NCBI GenBank assembly: GCA_024679065.1
Contig: JAGIQG010000028.1
Coordinates: 22,816,001-22,880,000 of the forward strand
DNA from: Sphyrna mokarran
Lineage: Eukaryota
Length of the DNA stretch: 64,000 nt
Direction of reading: 5' to 3'
The position numbers and the translations under genes are program-made. The notes below the pieces were generated by a model. That model ran no database searches and was not told where the DNA came from. It saw only the letters and a program-made list of their open reading frames with translations. Positions 36,727 to 48,768 of this stretch are shown here, piece by piece (the first letter of the stretch is position 1; each line of letters opens with the position of its first letter).

Positions 36727-36985
36727 AGCTGCACGGTGGCATAGTGGTTAGCACTGCTGCTTCACAACGCCAGGGACTTGGGTTCGATTTCCAGCTTAGA
36801 TCACTATCTGCATGGAGTTTGTACGTTCTCCCCGTGTCTTGCGGGTGCTTCAGTTGCCTCCCATAGTGTGAAAGACATGCTGGTTAGATGCACTGACCTG
36901 AACGGGCACTAGAGTTTGGCGAATTTCACAGTAATTTCATTGCAGTGTTAATGTAAGCCTACTTGTAACTAATAAATTAACTTTA
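36727..36985 (+). mobile_element. HE1-like V-SINE, tail B
   Basis: Same head and V-domain, but tail TTTCACAGTAATTTCATTGCAGTGTTAATGTAAGCCTACTTGT..AATAAA. Confidence 0.85.
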
Positions 36986-37511
36986 AAATAATCAGTTCAA
37001 TATCAAGAGAAATCTGTTGGGTTTCACTTGAGACTCTTCCCCTGATAATTGTTTAGAATTAAATTCAAAAGTGAATTGATGTGACATGCTGTTTGTTGTC
37101 AGACTCTCCAGCCCAGCTATTATTTTTAATTGCCATAAATCTTTGTTGTTCTAGAAAAGTTCAGTCTGCGACTTGCTGTTAGCTCGTATGTGTTTCATGT
37201 TCACAATTTTGCCTCCCCATCTTCCAGGATAATATCTTCAACTGTGAATTAAAAATGTGAAATTAGTGGTAGGGACAGGAATTGCTCCTGATTTCTGTAC
37301 CATTTCATTCTATCCCTTAATACCTCAATTGCTTCAGCAACTGGGCTGTTTGTTCCAGATTCATAACAATACTGGTGTGTAAAAACACTCTTTTTGTCAA
37401 TTTTCTTTTAATCCATTTGAATTGAATAAGAAGCTTTTTAATAACAGTTGCTCCAATGTGTTACAGTCAAGGCATGAGCCTTGTGATTCATGTTTCTGTC
37501 CTTTCCCTCAG

Positions 37512-37581
37512 GGTTGACAATAATCTGCTGCTTCTGCTGATGATTCACGTTTTCAAGGAGAACGAAGAGCAACTTTACAAG
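37512..37581 (+). CDS. PLEKHM2: PLEKHM2 exon 10
   Basis: VDNNLLLLLMIHVFKENEEQLYK; AG/GTAAGG. Confidence 0.96.
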
Positions 37582-38380
37582 GTAAGGGCAGGACTGCAGT
37601 AGAAAATCAATCTGACTTAAATGTAAGTATCCTGATTAATACTTATGGAAGGTACCATATTCAATCCCCAGTCTATGCGGTGGGAGTAGCAGTGGAAGAA
37701 CTGCACTTGATTTCAACAGCGTGCGTTAGAGAGGTCATTTGTCCAGCATTACAACTTATGATTGCTACTCACTAACCCAAACTGCAAGCTGTGGATAGAG
37801 CATGAAGACCAGATCAAATATCTTGCTGGCACTTGCACAATGCCAGTGGGAAACTGCTGGCGCCAAGAAGTTGTGCACAGATGAGTAATGCTTCAACCAT
37901 GTTGAGTCCTCTAGGGGGATTGACTGCTGTTTATGTAAGAAAGAGGGATTTCGCCCTTTAATATCTCCGATTTTCCTGTTATAGAATCTTAGATTCTGCT
38001 TTTGGGAAACAGCATAGCAAGTAAGTTTGGTGGATGAATGGAGGAAAGCCCACAGAGAAATAAGCAATTGGTAAAACCCAAAACATGAGAGTGGGAAAGT
38101 AAATAGAAAATGAGCAAGGGAACCTGACAACAGAAGAACAAACCTGCATGATTTAGAAGGAAACACCTAGGGGCAAAGAAGGCCTAATGCTGTTTGGGTG
38201 GAAAGTAAAAGGAGGCCTTTATTTTAGACCCTACCTATCTGCTGCATGTAGGCAGGCAGTCCTGTCACTGTGCAAAATTTTTAAAGTTGCTGAAGAGTTT
38301 GGGAGCTCCACTGAATCAGATGTCAAGCCAAACCTGGTTAGCTGAAATATTATTCATGTAAACATCTTAGCTTCTGTTGT

Positions 38381-39172
38381 GGGCAGCCTGGCGGCACAAC
38401 GGTTAGCACTGCTGCCTCACTGTACCAGGAACCCACGTTTGAATCCTGGCTTAGGTCACTGTCTGTCTGTGCAAGTTTGCACGTTCTCCTCGTGACTGCA
38501 TGGGTTTCCTCCAGGTGCAGAAAGAAAATTACAGCGCAGGAATAGGCCATTAGGCCCTCCAAGCCTGCACTAACCATGCTGCCCAATTGAACTAAAACCC
38601 CCTACTCTTCTGGGAACCATATCCCTCCATTCCCATCCTATTCGTGTATTTGTCAGAAGCCCTTTAAAAGTCAGTACCATATCTGCTTCCACCACTCCCC
38701 CCAGCGGCAAGTTCCAGAACCCACCAACCTCTACGTTAAAAAAAAAAACTCGCCTTGTACATCTCCTTTAAACCTTGCCCCTCGCACTTTATCCCCTAAT
38801 AATTGACTCTTTCACCCTGGGAAAAGGCTTCTGACTATCCACTTTGTCCATCCCCCTCACAATCTTGTAGACTTCTTTTAGGTCACTCCTCAGCCTCTGT
38901 CGTTCCAGTGAGAACAAACCAAATTTCTCTAGCTTCTCCACATGGCTAATGCCTCCCATACCAGGAAACATCCTGCTAAATCTTATCTGTACCCGCTCCA
39001 AAGCCTCCATATCTGGGTGTTCCAGTTTCCTCCAACAGTTCCAAAATGTGAGTTAGATGCATTGACCATGCTAAATTCTTCCTCAGTGTATCCAAACAGG
39101 CCCAGAGTGTAGAATTTTCACTAACTTCATTGCAGTGTTAATGTCATCCTACTTGTAAAACTAATAAATAAA
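38381..39172 (+). mobile_element. V-SINE (tail B) split by a minus-strand CR1 LINE fragment (38519-39011)
   Basis: SINE head stops at 38518 and resumes at 39012; the insert encodes MEALERVQIRFSRMFPG... (ORF 38789..39010 -). Confidence 0.85.
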
Positions 39173-39332
39173 CGTAAAAAAACTCAACTTCACTAATTGG
39201 GCTATTAAACTGAATTGTTGGTTATTTATGATAGCTGTTCTTATTTGGCAAAGGACTTCATACTTCACCAGTTTTCAGAGTGATTTTTTTTTTCTCATTT
39301 TCTATCTCTGCTCCTGTGCTGTCTCTTCCTAG

Positions 39333-39423
39333 ATGATGCGAATGTGGACGGGTCATATGGAAGGGAATCTACAGTTGCTGTATGTGCTATTGACTGACTG
39401 TTACATCTACCTATTGAGGAAAG
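39333..39423 (+). CDS. PLEKHM2: PLEKHM2 exon 11
   Basis: MMRMWTGHMEGNLQLLYVLLTDCYIYLLRK; AG/GTAACC. Confidence 0.96.
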
Positions 39424-39653
39424 GTAACCCTATCTGTTAGTGTGGTGGGCGGGGATTGGGTGTCAGGTCTGAGTGAAACAATATTATCTTGAAGACCAAA
39501 TCCCCACCCCTTCGTTAACATGTAAGCTTCACAAAATTCTTTAAGATAACCATACAAGTCAGCTCATTTTTTTTTTACTGCTTACTTCATCACAGCCTCT
39601 TGCAGAACAAATTCCACAATCTGCTGCCTATGGCTTTGCCCACAAACACTTCT

Positions 39654-39757
39654 GCTGGAATTTTACCACCTCACCCATCCAAGACCAATGGAGAATGCTG
39701 TTTTGTGAGCCTCATCCACCCTCATTCTAGGGTGGGCAGGATGGTGAAATTCCAGCC
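39654..39757. mobile_element. MITE with imperfect TIRs
   Basis: GCTGGAATTTTACC ... GGTGAAATTCCAGC, flanked by TCT/TCT. Confidence 0.6.
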
Positions 39758-39859
39758 TCTGTGTTTAATTGTGTAGTGGCAAAATAATGGCAGTCCTATT
39801 TTCCATATCAATCACATATTATTTCTCAGTCGAAGATTTGTTATTTTATCAAAGATGAA

Positions 39860-40174
39860 AAATAGAATCTCTAAGTGCAGAAGGAGGCCATTTGGCCCAA
39901 GATGCCTGCACCGATTATAATACCATCCAGGCCATATGGCTGTAACCCCACATATTTACCCTGCTAATCCTCCTAAGGGGCAATTTAGCATGGCAAGTCC
40001 ATCTAACCTGCACATCTTTGGAATGTGGGAAGAACCAAAGCACCCAGAGGAAACCCATGCAGACAAGGGGACAACTTGCAAACTCCACATAGACAATCAC
40101 CTGAGGTCAGAATTGAACATGGATTCCTGGTGCTATGAGGCAATAGTGCTAAGCACTGTGTTTCCACGCCACCC
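39860..40174 (-). mobile_element. HE1-like V-SINE, tail A
   Basis: Reverse-complement match to the other copies. Confidence 0.85.
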
Positions 40175-40589
40175 CAAAAATGTGAGTGAATCAGAATAAG
40201 CTGCCTTGCAAATGGGGGAATATTTATTACCCTTCATGAACAAATACCCTGCCATTGTCATATTGAGACTACTTAAGAGAGATGATGAAAAAAAATGATT
40301 GGCACCCATGGAGCTGTACACAGTAAGAATTTTCAATTCGGGTGGGAGAACGTGGGGCTTACAAAAAAAAGTGCAGCTTACAAAAAATGCCTCCAAATCC
40401 TGTTGGTTGGATGAGTTGTGTCTAAATGTGAAGAGTATAAGTTCTTGCATTGTTCTGATTGTCTCCAACATAAAGCTTAATGTTATACATGGATGGAATT
40501 GTGTAATGAAGAAGTTTGTTGGGTTGTTACAGTATAAACAGTGCTGTGAATTGGATTCATTGTCTAACGCTATCTGTTGGTCTGTACAG

Positions 40590-40654
40590 GAGCTGCCGAC
40601 AAGCCTTACGCCATGGAAGAAGCTGTGTCTTACAATGAACTCGATTACATTTCG
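40590..40654 (+). CDS. PLEKHM2: PLEKHM2 exon 12
   Basis: (G)AADKPYAMEEAVSYNELDYIS; AG/GTGAGT. Confidence 0.96.
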
Positions 40655-41345
40655 GTGAGTTTGCTGCAAAATGTACAGATGTTGATTGTCAGCCCAGGAT
40701 TGTACTAAGCTTAGTTAGGATAACTTCCATCCTTTTTATTTCTGTGTTCTGCCAGCCCCCTCCACCACAGTGCCAAGTCTCTCTGATGTCTTTTGTATGA
40801 GCTGTAACCGCTCGGCTGAGTGCTCGAAGTTTGCTGGCACATGCAGGATTGTATACCAACAAGACTGCTTGTGATGTGCAAATGTTATTGTGAAGCTGAA
40901 GCAAATAATTCCTTCAGCTGTGTTGGAGAGAAGTATTGCTATCTTGCAGGTGGTCCAAAAGGTGGAGTGTGTCTGCTTTTTTTTTTGGAGGGCATGGAGA
41001 AATGACACACATTTCACCTGCCATGTAGTTCCAAGTTGGTGACATTGATATTTGGAATGAACACAGATTTACTGGTTTCTCATATCTACAAAGCTTTCAT
41101 GCTACGTGAGAGCAGGTTTTATTCTGTTCACTTTGGTCTAATTTTGCAAAGCTGCTTTCATTTCTTTTTTGTGCAAACAATAAGCAGGAAAAGCTTTATT
41201 GTAGAGCATTACAATGTAATAAGTGTTCTCTTGTAATTGCCAATGTAATTTTCCCCTACCTTCCCATGCTTGGATAAATCATGATACTGGATGTTCCAGC
41301 CTCGTTCACGATTTCCTGTGTTTCACTCATTTTTCTCAATTAAAG

Positions 41346-41434
41346 GTGGGACTCGGTCAGCAAACCATTCAGCTTGTCTGCACCAATCGGCGGAGGCAGT
41401 TCCTGCTTGACACAGCGGACGAATCTCTTACAGA
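41346..41434 (+). CDS. PLEKHM2: PLEKHM2 exon 13
   Basis: VGLGQQTIQLVCTNRRRQFLLDTADESLT(E); AG/GTACGT. Confidence 0.95.
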
Positions 41435-42322
41435 GTACGTGCAAATCGTGGTTATTGTGAACAGTGCGTTATCTCCATATGCCTTTGTTAATCTACTCCA
41501 ATCATAAATAATCTACAAACATGCAACAGTTGAATTTGGATGTTGTGTGCTCCAGTTGACCCTTGTGTTCGTACAAGGTACCTGCATGTGTTTGGGTTCG
41601 AAATCATATTGGAATTGTCTGCTGCTTTCAATCAAACTTTGTGTGTTTAATTGCATTATCTTAAGCCTTAAACATAACTTGTAATGGTGCTGTCAATGGC
41701 CATTCTCCCAGCTGCCTTGTCTCTAGCTTTTAATACTTTTCGAATACGAGTTTGGAGGGTATAGATTAGGAACAGTAGGACACCGTTTAGGTCTATGGGT
41801 CTGTTCAACCATTTACTGAAATCATGGTTAATTAGTGCTCTAACTCCATATATGTCTTTATCCCTTATTCATTTGACATCTTTGGTTAATAAAAACCAAT
41901 CATACCTTAATGTTAAAATTAACATTGATCTACAACAATGTCAGATCAAGAGTTCCAAACATTATCTTATACAAAGCAGAAGATGATCAGACTCAACTTT
42001 ACTGATGCCCACCCCCACAAATAATACATTGGCCCTCAAAATCTAAGCTTGCATATGCTACTTGGATGAGGCATCAGAGGGTGGTTGGCACCTAAGGAAC
42101 TCTATCTGTATAAATCAAAGCCTTTAGGACTGGAGGGAAGAAGATTGGATGGGCAAAGGGGCCTGCTGATTTATACTATGTGCATCATCACTAGCAACTG
42201 GTTATAATGTACCTGTAATACTAAAGGCATGTGCCTGTAACTAGTTACTGTGGCTTATTTAGTCACAAGTTTTATTTCTGCACCAGTTATACAGTATATA
42301 TTTTTATTTTCCTGATATTTAG

Positions 42323-42455
42323 GTTTTTCCTCACTGCTTTGAGATCTGCCATGATTAAGGGCTGCAGAGAGCCTCCATATCCCAGCATCCTTACAGATGC
42401 AACCATGCAGAAACTGGCACTAACCAAATTTGTGGCCCAAGAATCAAGATGTGAG
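42323..42455 (+). CDS. PLEKHM2: PLEKHM2 exon 14
   Basis: FFLTALRSAMIKGCREPPYPSILTDATMQKLALTKFVAQESRCE; AG/GTAATG. Confidence 0.97.
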
Positions 42456-42559
42456 GTAATGTGGTAACCGTGCTGGATTATGTTCTGCCTGATGGTGTCA
42501 TTTTGGGTTTCTCTGTTGGTAAACTAGCAATATTGGTGTTTACTGTTCAGTATTGAAGA

Positions 42560-43310
42560 AGTTTATGTCCATGTGCAGTAAGACCTGGGTAACATTTCAG
42601 GCTTGGGCTAATAGTGGGCAAGTAACTTTCACACCACACAAGTGCCAGGCAATCACCATCTCTAATGAGAGAATCTAACTATCTTCTCATGTTCAATGTC
42701 CATACTGTCAACATCCTGGAGATTAGCTTTTACCACCTATATGTAAATACTGTGGCTACAAGATCAGGTCAGGGGAATTCCGCAGAAAGTAATTCACTTC
42801 TTAATTTGTCAAAGCCTGTGCACTGTCTACAACGCATATAATGGAATACTCACCTCTTGCCTGGAAGAGTAAAGTTCCAACAGTCATGAAGCATGACACC
42901 ACCAAAGACAAAGCAACCAGCTTAATTGGCAACCAATCCAGCACTTCCAACATCTACTCCCTGCACCTCCAGCATGCAGTGGCAGCAGTGTGTACCATCG
43001 ACAAGATGCATTGCAGGAACTTACCAAGGCTCCTTCCACAGTACATAACAAGTCCATGATCTCTACCACATAGAAGGACAAGAGCAGCAAATGCAGAGGA
43101 ATACTACCATCTGCAGGTTCCCCTCCAAGCCACACTCCATCCTGATTTGGAACTATAATACCATTCCTTCAGTGTTGTTGCGTCAAACTCCTGGAAATCC
43201 CTTCCTAACAGCATGGACTGTAGTAATTCAACAAAGTGGCTCACCAGAGGCAATTAAGCATGGGCAATAGATAATGGCCAAGCCAATAACACCCACATCC
43301 TTGAAAGAAT
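42560..43310 (+). mobile_element. CR1/L2-superfamily LINE 3' fragment (family distinct from the HER1-like copies)
   Basis: ORF 42841 MEYSPLAW... preceded by degenerate W...WQV.F...K RT-end coding; tail GGGCAATAGATAATGGCCAAGCC..ACCCACATCC. Confidence 0.65.
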
Positions 43311-43805
43311 TTTTATAAAGTCAAACAACACAAGATTGACCACAAGGGCTACGACTCCTTCAAGTCTTCCTTTTCATTGAATATGAAATGCCAAAAATCT
43401 GACCTTAGAAATGGGACAGTGAGTGGAGATGGGAAAGAGAAAATAAGTTGGGGTGGGAGGGGTTGTCATTGAGAAACCAAGGCCTCTAGTGCAGACACCA
43501 CTAAAGTTATGGCAAATTAGCATCAGTGAAGTAACAAAAGCTTAGTATTCAAAAAAGAATTGGGAGGAAATGAGAACGAGGGAGAAGAGGAATGTTGCAG
43601 CTTAATGATCTTGTATTAGACAAGACAGCGATGTATCAGAATGCAGAGAAGATGATCATGCGTTGGAACGTATTTGAAAATGGAAGGTGGCAATGAAGCA
43701 ACATGGAAACTAGAGGGAAGAAGTTGTTTTCTGTGCACTTGCCTGCTTTCCACCAGTATTGTTACATCTGTTGCTGTGCCTGACTTTTCGTGGATGTGTT
43801 TACAG

Positions 43806-43996
43806 GTGTCTGAAGTCACCATCCATCTCTATAGTTTGATTCACTGGGAGGATCCCATGGATGTAACAGCAGGACCTCAGAAGAACCTCTACATGGCGCA
43901 TGCAAATGCAATTACAAAGGAAGGAATTCTGCACTACAAGGCTGGCACCAGTTATTTGGGCTCACCAATCTGGAAGACCTCCTACATAGTCCTCAG
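43806..43996 (+). CDS. PLEKHM2: PLEKHM2 exon 15 (start of PH domain)
   Basis: VSEVTIHLYSLIHWEDP...ITKEGILHYKAGTSYLGSPIWKTSYIVL(S); AG/GTGAGT. Confidence 0.96.
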
Positions 43997-44119
43997 GTGA
44001 GTTTCTCTCATCTCTGCATTTAAGTTTGCAGACTACATCCAATTCATTCATAGTTGGGATCTATTAACCTGATAGATATATTTAACAACATTTTTTTAAG
44101 TGCCTTGTATGCAGAACAC

Positions 44120-45110
44120 TACAGAATAAAAGGATCAGGATGCTTTAGTACATGAATCACAAAAAGCTAGCAGGCAAGTACTGAAAATGAGTTGAAAGCC
44201 ATTTGTACATTTATCGCAAGAGGAATGGGATATATAAGTAGGGAAGTTTGCTAGTTACGTAAAGTGTTGAAGACTATGTTAAATGCTATCCAATTACTTG
44301 TGATATAAATTCAAAAGATATTGAGCCAGCATTGTACTTCCATCCGAGTAATGGTATTTGCCTGAGCCATAGTTGCCTCGCTCCCCCCTCCCATTCACTT
44401 TCATGTTAAGCTGCTACTATTGAGTTCAGGTGACCTGTTACAAAGCACCACTTTTGGTTTCTCTAACATTACAAGAAAGTTTGTATGTTATGAAACAAAA
44501 TGATGCATGTGATTACATGGATTTTGCTGGTAAATGGAAATTGTTTTCACTAGAAAGAGATCTCTTTTGGGGGCAAAAGATTGTACATGACCCATCTCTC
44601 CATGTCAGAAGAAGGTAATCCAGCAAAGGTTCAATGGATTGGTTCCTGGGGCAAGAGAGTTATCCTCTGCTGAGAGGCTGAGCAAATTAAGTTTTGGAAT
44701 TTTGAACAATGAGGGATGATCTAACTGAAACGTGCAGGTTTCTGAAGGAGCTTAACAGAGCAGACCCTGAGAGGCTGTTTCCCCAGGTTGGGAAACCAAG
44801 AACATTGCATGGCCCTAAAATAAGGCTCTGATGAAGAGTCATCTAGAGTGGAAAGTTGGCTCTGTTTTCTCTCCACAGATGTCAAGGTAAGAGTTGATCA
44901 TTTAAGACTGAGATGAGAAATGCCTTTATGCAGAAGGTAATGGATCTTTAGCATTGCCAGATAGTTGTAAATGCTCCATCACTGAGTATCTTTCAGACTG
45001 AATTGGACATCAAGGGATATGGGGAGCAGGCAAGAAAATGGAATTGAGGCAGAAGGTTAACCATGACTGTATTCAATAGTGGAGCAGACCCAAAGGACCA
45101 TATGGCTTCT
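44120..45110 (+). mobile_element. Decayed CR1 LINE fragments with a small Penelope-derived insert (44826-44883)
   Basis: CR1 3' ORF and tail similarity. Confidence 0.65.
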
Positions 45111-45204
45111 AATTATTTTCTCCAGTCAGTATTTCTGCTATCATTGTATTGAGGAAGTTAGCAGCCTGTGCCATTGTGTTGACGAAATTGTTTTATTCCT
45201 GCAG

Positions 45205-45270
45205 CAACGGGATCCTCTATCAGTACCCTGACAGGATAGATGTGACACCGCTTATGTCAGTAAACTTGGC
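45205..45270 (+). CDS. PLEKHM2: PLEKHM2 exon 16 (PH domain)
   Basis: NGILYQYPDRIDVTPLMSVNL; AG/GTAAGT. Confidence 0.96.
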
Positions 45271-46831
45271 GTAAGTATTCCCATGGTGAAGTTGTGCACT
45301 TGGTTCTGTTTTCACTCTCAACTCTTGATTCTGTAGGGGTGGGTGAGTGCCCATTCACAGTGCTGCTGGGATGCACACAGGTAGGGACAAATTGGAATTA
45401 TGCCCCCAGACAAGCTTTTGAACTTGGCGATTAATTGAAAATTTCAACAGTAAGATTGATAGATTTGTTAGGCATTGTAGTATGGTTGTGGAACCAAGGT
45501 GGATAATTGGAATTAAGATACAGATCAGATATGATCTAATTGAATGGGACACCAGAATTGAGGGACTGAATCACCTACCCAGTTCCTAGTAAGCAAGTCT
45601 AATCCCCTGCATTACTAAGTTGCTGCAACTAGGATCAAGATTGCTTCAGACTTGAGTTTGTGAACTGGATAATTTGTAGGTCAACACGATGTAAAATGTA
45701 GTTGAGTTAGCGAGAGAGAGGGACTAACTAATTTAAGATGATGAGTAGCAGAGCTGACAGACCAGGGGGGTTCTGGGTTTGGTGCAGTATCTCAGCAGCT
45801 TTGCTACTTTTTCATGAAGTATGAAACCAGAAGGGGGCAGCTGAACCTGAACAAACAGTTTGGGAGTCATAGAAGTAATTGGAACACAAACTGCAAAAGG
45901 ATGGAACAATGGCAGAGGAAATTTAATAAGGGTAATTTATGAAATACAACAAATAAAACAAGGGGAACCAGAATTGAGGGACTGAAACACACAGGGGACA
46001 ATAAACCACGAATGGTTTTGAAATAAGAATGAAGTTGAGCAGTTTGGGAGTATCAGTTAACCCGATATGCCAGTTCTTGGAAAAAAGTAACCACAAAAAC
46101 CTGAATTACATAACCAAAGCTTCCAGATGGCCCACTAAAGCTGCAGCGTGCTGACCAGACTACACTATTTTGAGTACTAGTCATCTAAGACATAAGAGAC
46201 ATGCAGGTTGTGGAGACTACACAGAGAAGTGTTTCAAGGCTGACCCCCTTTTGTCAATGGCACTCAAGAAGAAAGATTTGGAAAGCGTGAGCTTATAAGG
46301 AGACGGCTGAGTAGGGGACCTTTATTGAGTGTGTCAATTAGACAAGAAACTAGAATATTGGTATATACTAAATCCTGATGACACGACAAGCAGCTTTGGT
46401 TCAAACTTGCAAAAGGCTGATTTATCATTGATGCCACAAAGTACCTTACACGGTGATCAACATATTTTCTAGACTTCCAGGTAATGTAGTGGAGACAAAA
46501 ACCCTGAAATCGTGGAAAACTAGAATTTTTGGAATTCCAGTTATTGGCACAATTGATCTTGGTGAATTAATTATGATTGGCTGCCCCCATCTTGCGATCC
46601 CATAAATTAAGAACAGCCACTTCAGCACCAATTTGAGTTTATTGGACTTGTAGAAATAAAAATGTATTCGTGTATTTTGTATCTTGATAATTAGAAGGAC
46701 TCCACGTCTCTGTGGCAAAATCTGTACCGATCTTCTGTGCAAATCCAGATCTTCTAACCGTCCCTATTGTTAGGCTGTTTTAGCACGGTCATGCTGATTC
46801 TGATGGATTTCCCTTGCTGTTTATATTGTAG

Positions 46832-46991
46832 TGGAGAACAATGTGGAGGCTGTCGAAGGTCCAGCACAACAGAGCGACCTCACACATTCCAGGTGATTCT
46901 GACAGAGCGACTGGCTTTGGAATTAAGTGCTGAGAATGAGGAGGAGATGGCAGACTGGATGCAGCACCTTTGCCAGGCAGTCTCAAAAGGG
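46832..46991 (+). CDS. PLEKHM2: PLEKHM2 exon 17 (PH domain end)
   Basis: GEQCGGCRRSSTTERPHTFQVILTERLALELSAENEEEMADWMQHLCQAVSKG, with the PH C-terminal helix Trp; AG/GTGAGT. Confidence 0.97.
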
Positions 46992-47113
46992 GTGAGTGAG
47001 CTTGAATTGCAGTGAGATCCCAGTCACAAAAAGCATTGGGCAATTGAATAGGTTAGGCTGTAATGTTCTTTATTTATTGTGTTTCACTGACTTTGGGCTT
47101 CGTTCTGTAGCAT

Positions 47114-47400
47114 TTAAAGTTTATTTATTAATGTCACAAATAGGCTTATATTAAAATGCAGTGAAATTACTGTGAAAAATCCCCTAGTCACAACCTTCCG
47201 ATGCTTATTCAAGTACACTCGGAAATTTCAGCATGGCCAATTCACCTAACCAGCGCATCTTTCAGTCTGTGGGAGGAAACCCACACAGACACATGGAGAA
47301 TATGCAGACTCCATGTAGACAATCACCCAAGCTGAGAATCAAACCCGCGTCCTTGATGCTGTAAGGCAGCAGTGCTAACCACTGTGCCGTCATGCTGCCC
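47114..47400 (-). mobile_element. HE1-like V-SINE, tail B
   Basis: Reverse-complement match to tail-B copies. Confidence 0.85.
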
Positions 47401-48588
47401 CAAGTGCTGTCTTGTAACTGGGAGCATTCATACGTTATTTCTACCTGCAAAAGAATGTGCCTTCTACTAATGGAAATTCTTTATTCTTGCTCTCCAAGTT
47501 TAGTATATAGTCCACAGGTACTGGACATGCTCTAGTTTCTCACACACGTGGCCATCTTCGTTGTAAAACTGTTGGCATATTAGATTAAGATATCAAAACC
47601 AACCCTAATCCTGTCCTTGCCCAATGTAGAGACACTCGTGCTTTGTCAGGAATCATTGGATACTGATCAGGAGTTAAGGTCACCAGAGTTTGTAAAGATC
47701 CATGGGTCTGCTGTTCTAGCGGAGATCAACTAACTCCACCCTGACGTTATTCAGTATTACCTTGAGGGAGACTTTTAAATTTTTGAGGCAAGTTGGGCAG
47801 TTGGAGATTTTTCTTTTCAACTTTTAAAGAATGTATAGTCCGTATCATCCTTCGATCTGTGGTAAATGGTGACATAAACAGAAAGTACAGAGATTTGCTT
47901 TTCCCAATTTGGCAACAGTCAGGGTGGAGTTAATGCACTGATACCACCTACTTTGATGAGTTTATAGATCATGTACAATTTTGCTCTATTTTACATTGGG
48001 AGCGGGTTTTTCTGGCTGTGCTCGTCCCAAAACTGGATATCCCGCCTGAGGTCAAAGAACCTTTTCATGGACTGCCCCTCGCCAGCTTCGATTCCCGTGG
48101 TGGGTGGGAAGGAAAACCCCTTCCTCAGGACTTTCAGGGGAATAAATGCAATTGCTGTTGGATAACCACTGTGCTAATTGCAATAATAGACATGATTTAA
48201 TTGCGAGATCGCAAAATAATTTGCTTAGTCCCTCCTGCTCTGTCCACAGGCTTAATTCTCTCTATCAGGTAACTTGGCATTATTTGCGATTGGCTTTCAG
48301 TACTTTTAAGTACTCACAAATTCACCTGTGAAAAGGAGACAATGGTGTGTGACAATGAGTTGTGTTAAATAACAAGAAATTAATGGTGTCATTCATATTA
48401 TTTGACAATGCGCCAATTGCCATGACAATCCATGGTGAACTTGATCTCCTTGACTAGAGAGGAGAAACTGATATTTGAGATTTTTGTGCCTGCACTCTGG
48501 TGTTTTTTGTTTGCAATTGAGTTAAAAATAGCCACAAGTTCCCTCTTGTTATGTAGCTGTCTCAGTATATTAATTGTTGTGTTGTCAG

Positions 48589-48768
48589 ATCATTCCTCAG
48601 GGTGTTGCACCCTCTCCATGCATCCCATGCTGCCTTGTTGTGACTGACAGGATGGTGTTTACATGTCATGAGGACTCTCAGACCAGCTTCTTCCGATTAC
48701 TGGGAAGCATTGAGCTAACTAATGTCAGCAATGTCTCCATCGGTCCCAGCAGAGAGTACTGTCTAATG
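48589..48768 (+). CDS. PLEKHM2: PLEKHM2 exon 18
   Basis: IIPQGVAPSPCIPCCLVVTDRMVFTCHEDSQTSFFR...SREYCLM; AG/GTGAGT. Confidence 0.96.

Noticed and set aside
40133-40669. 178-aa minus-strand ORF
   Set aside because: Begins antisense to exon 12 and ends in a SINE; composition is not protein-like.
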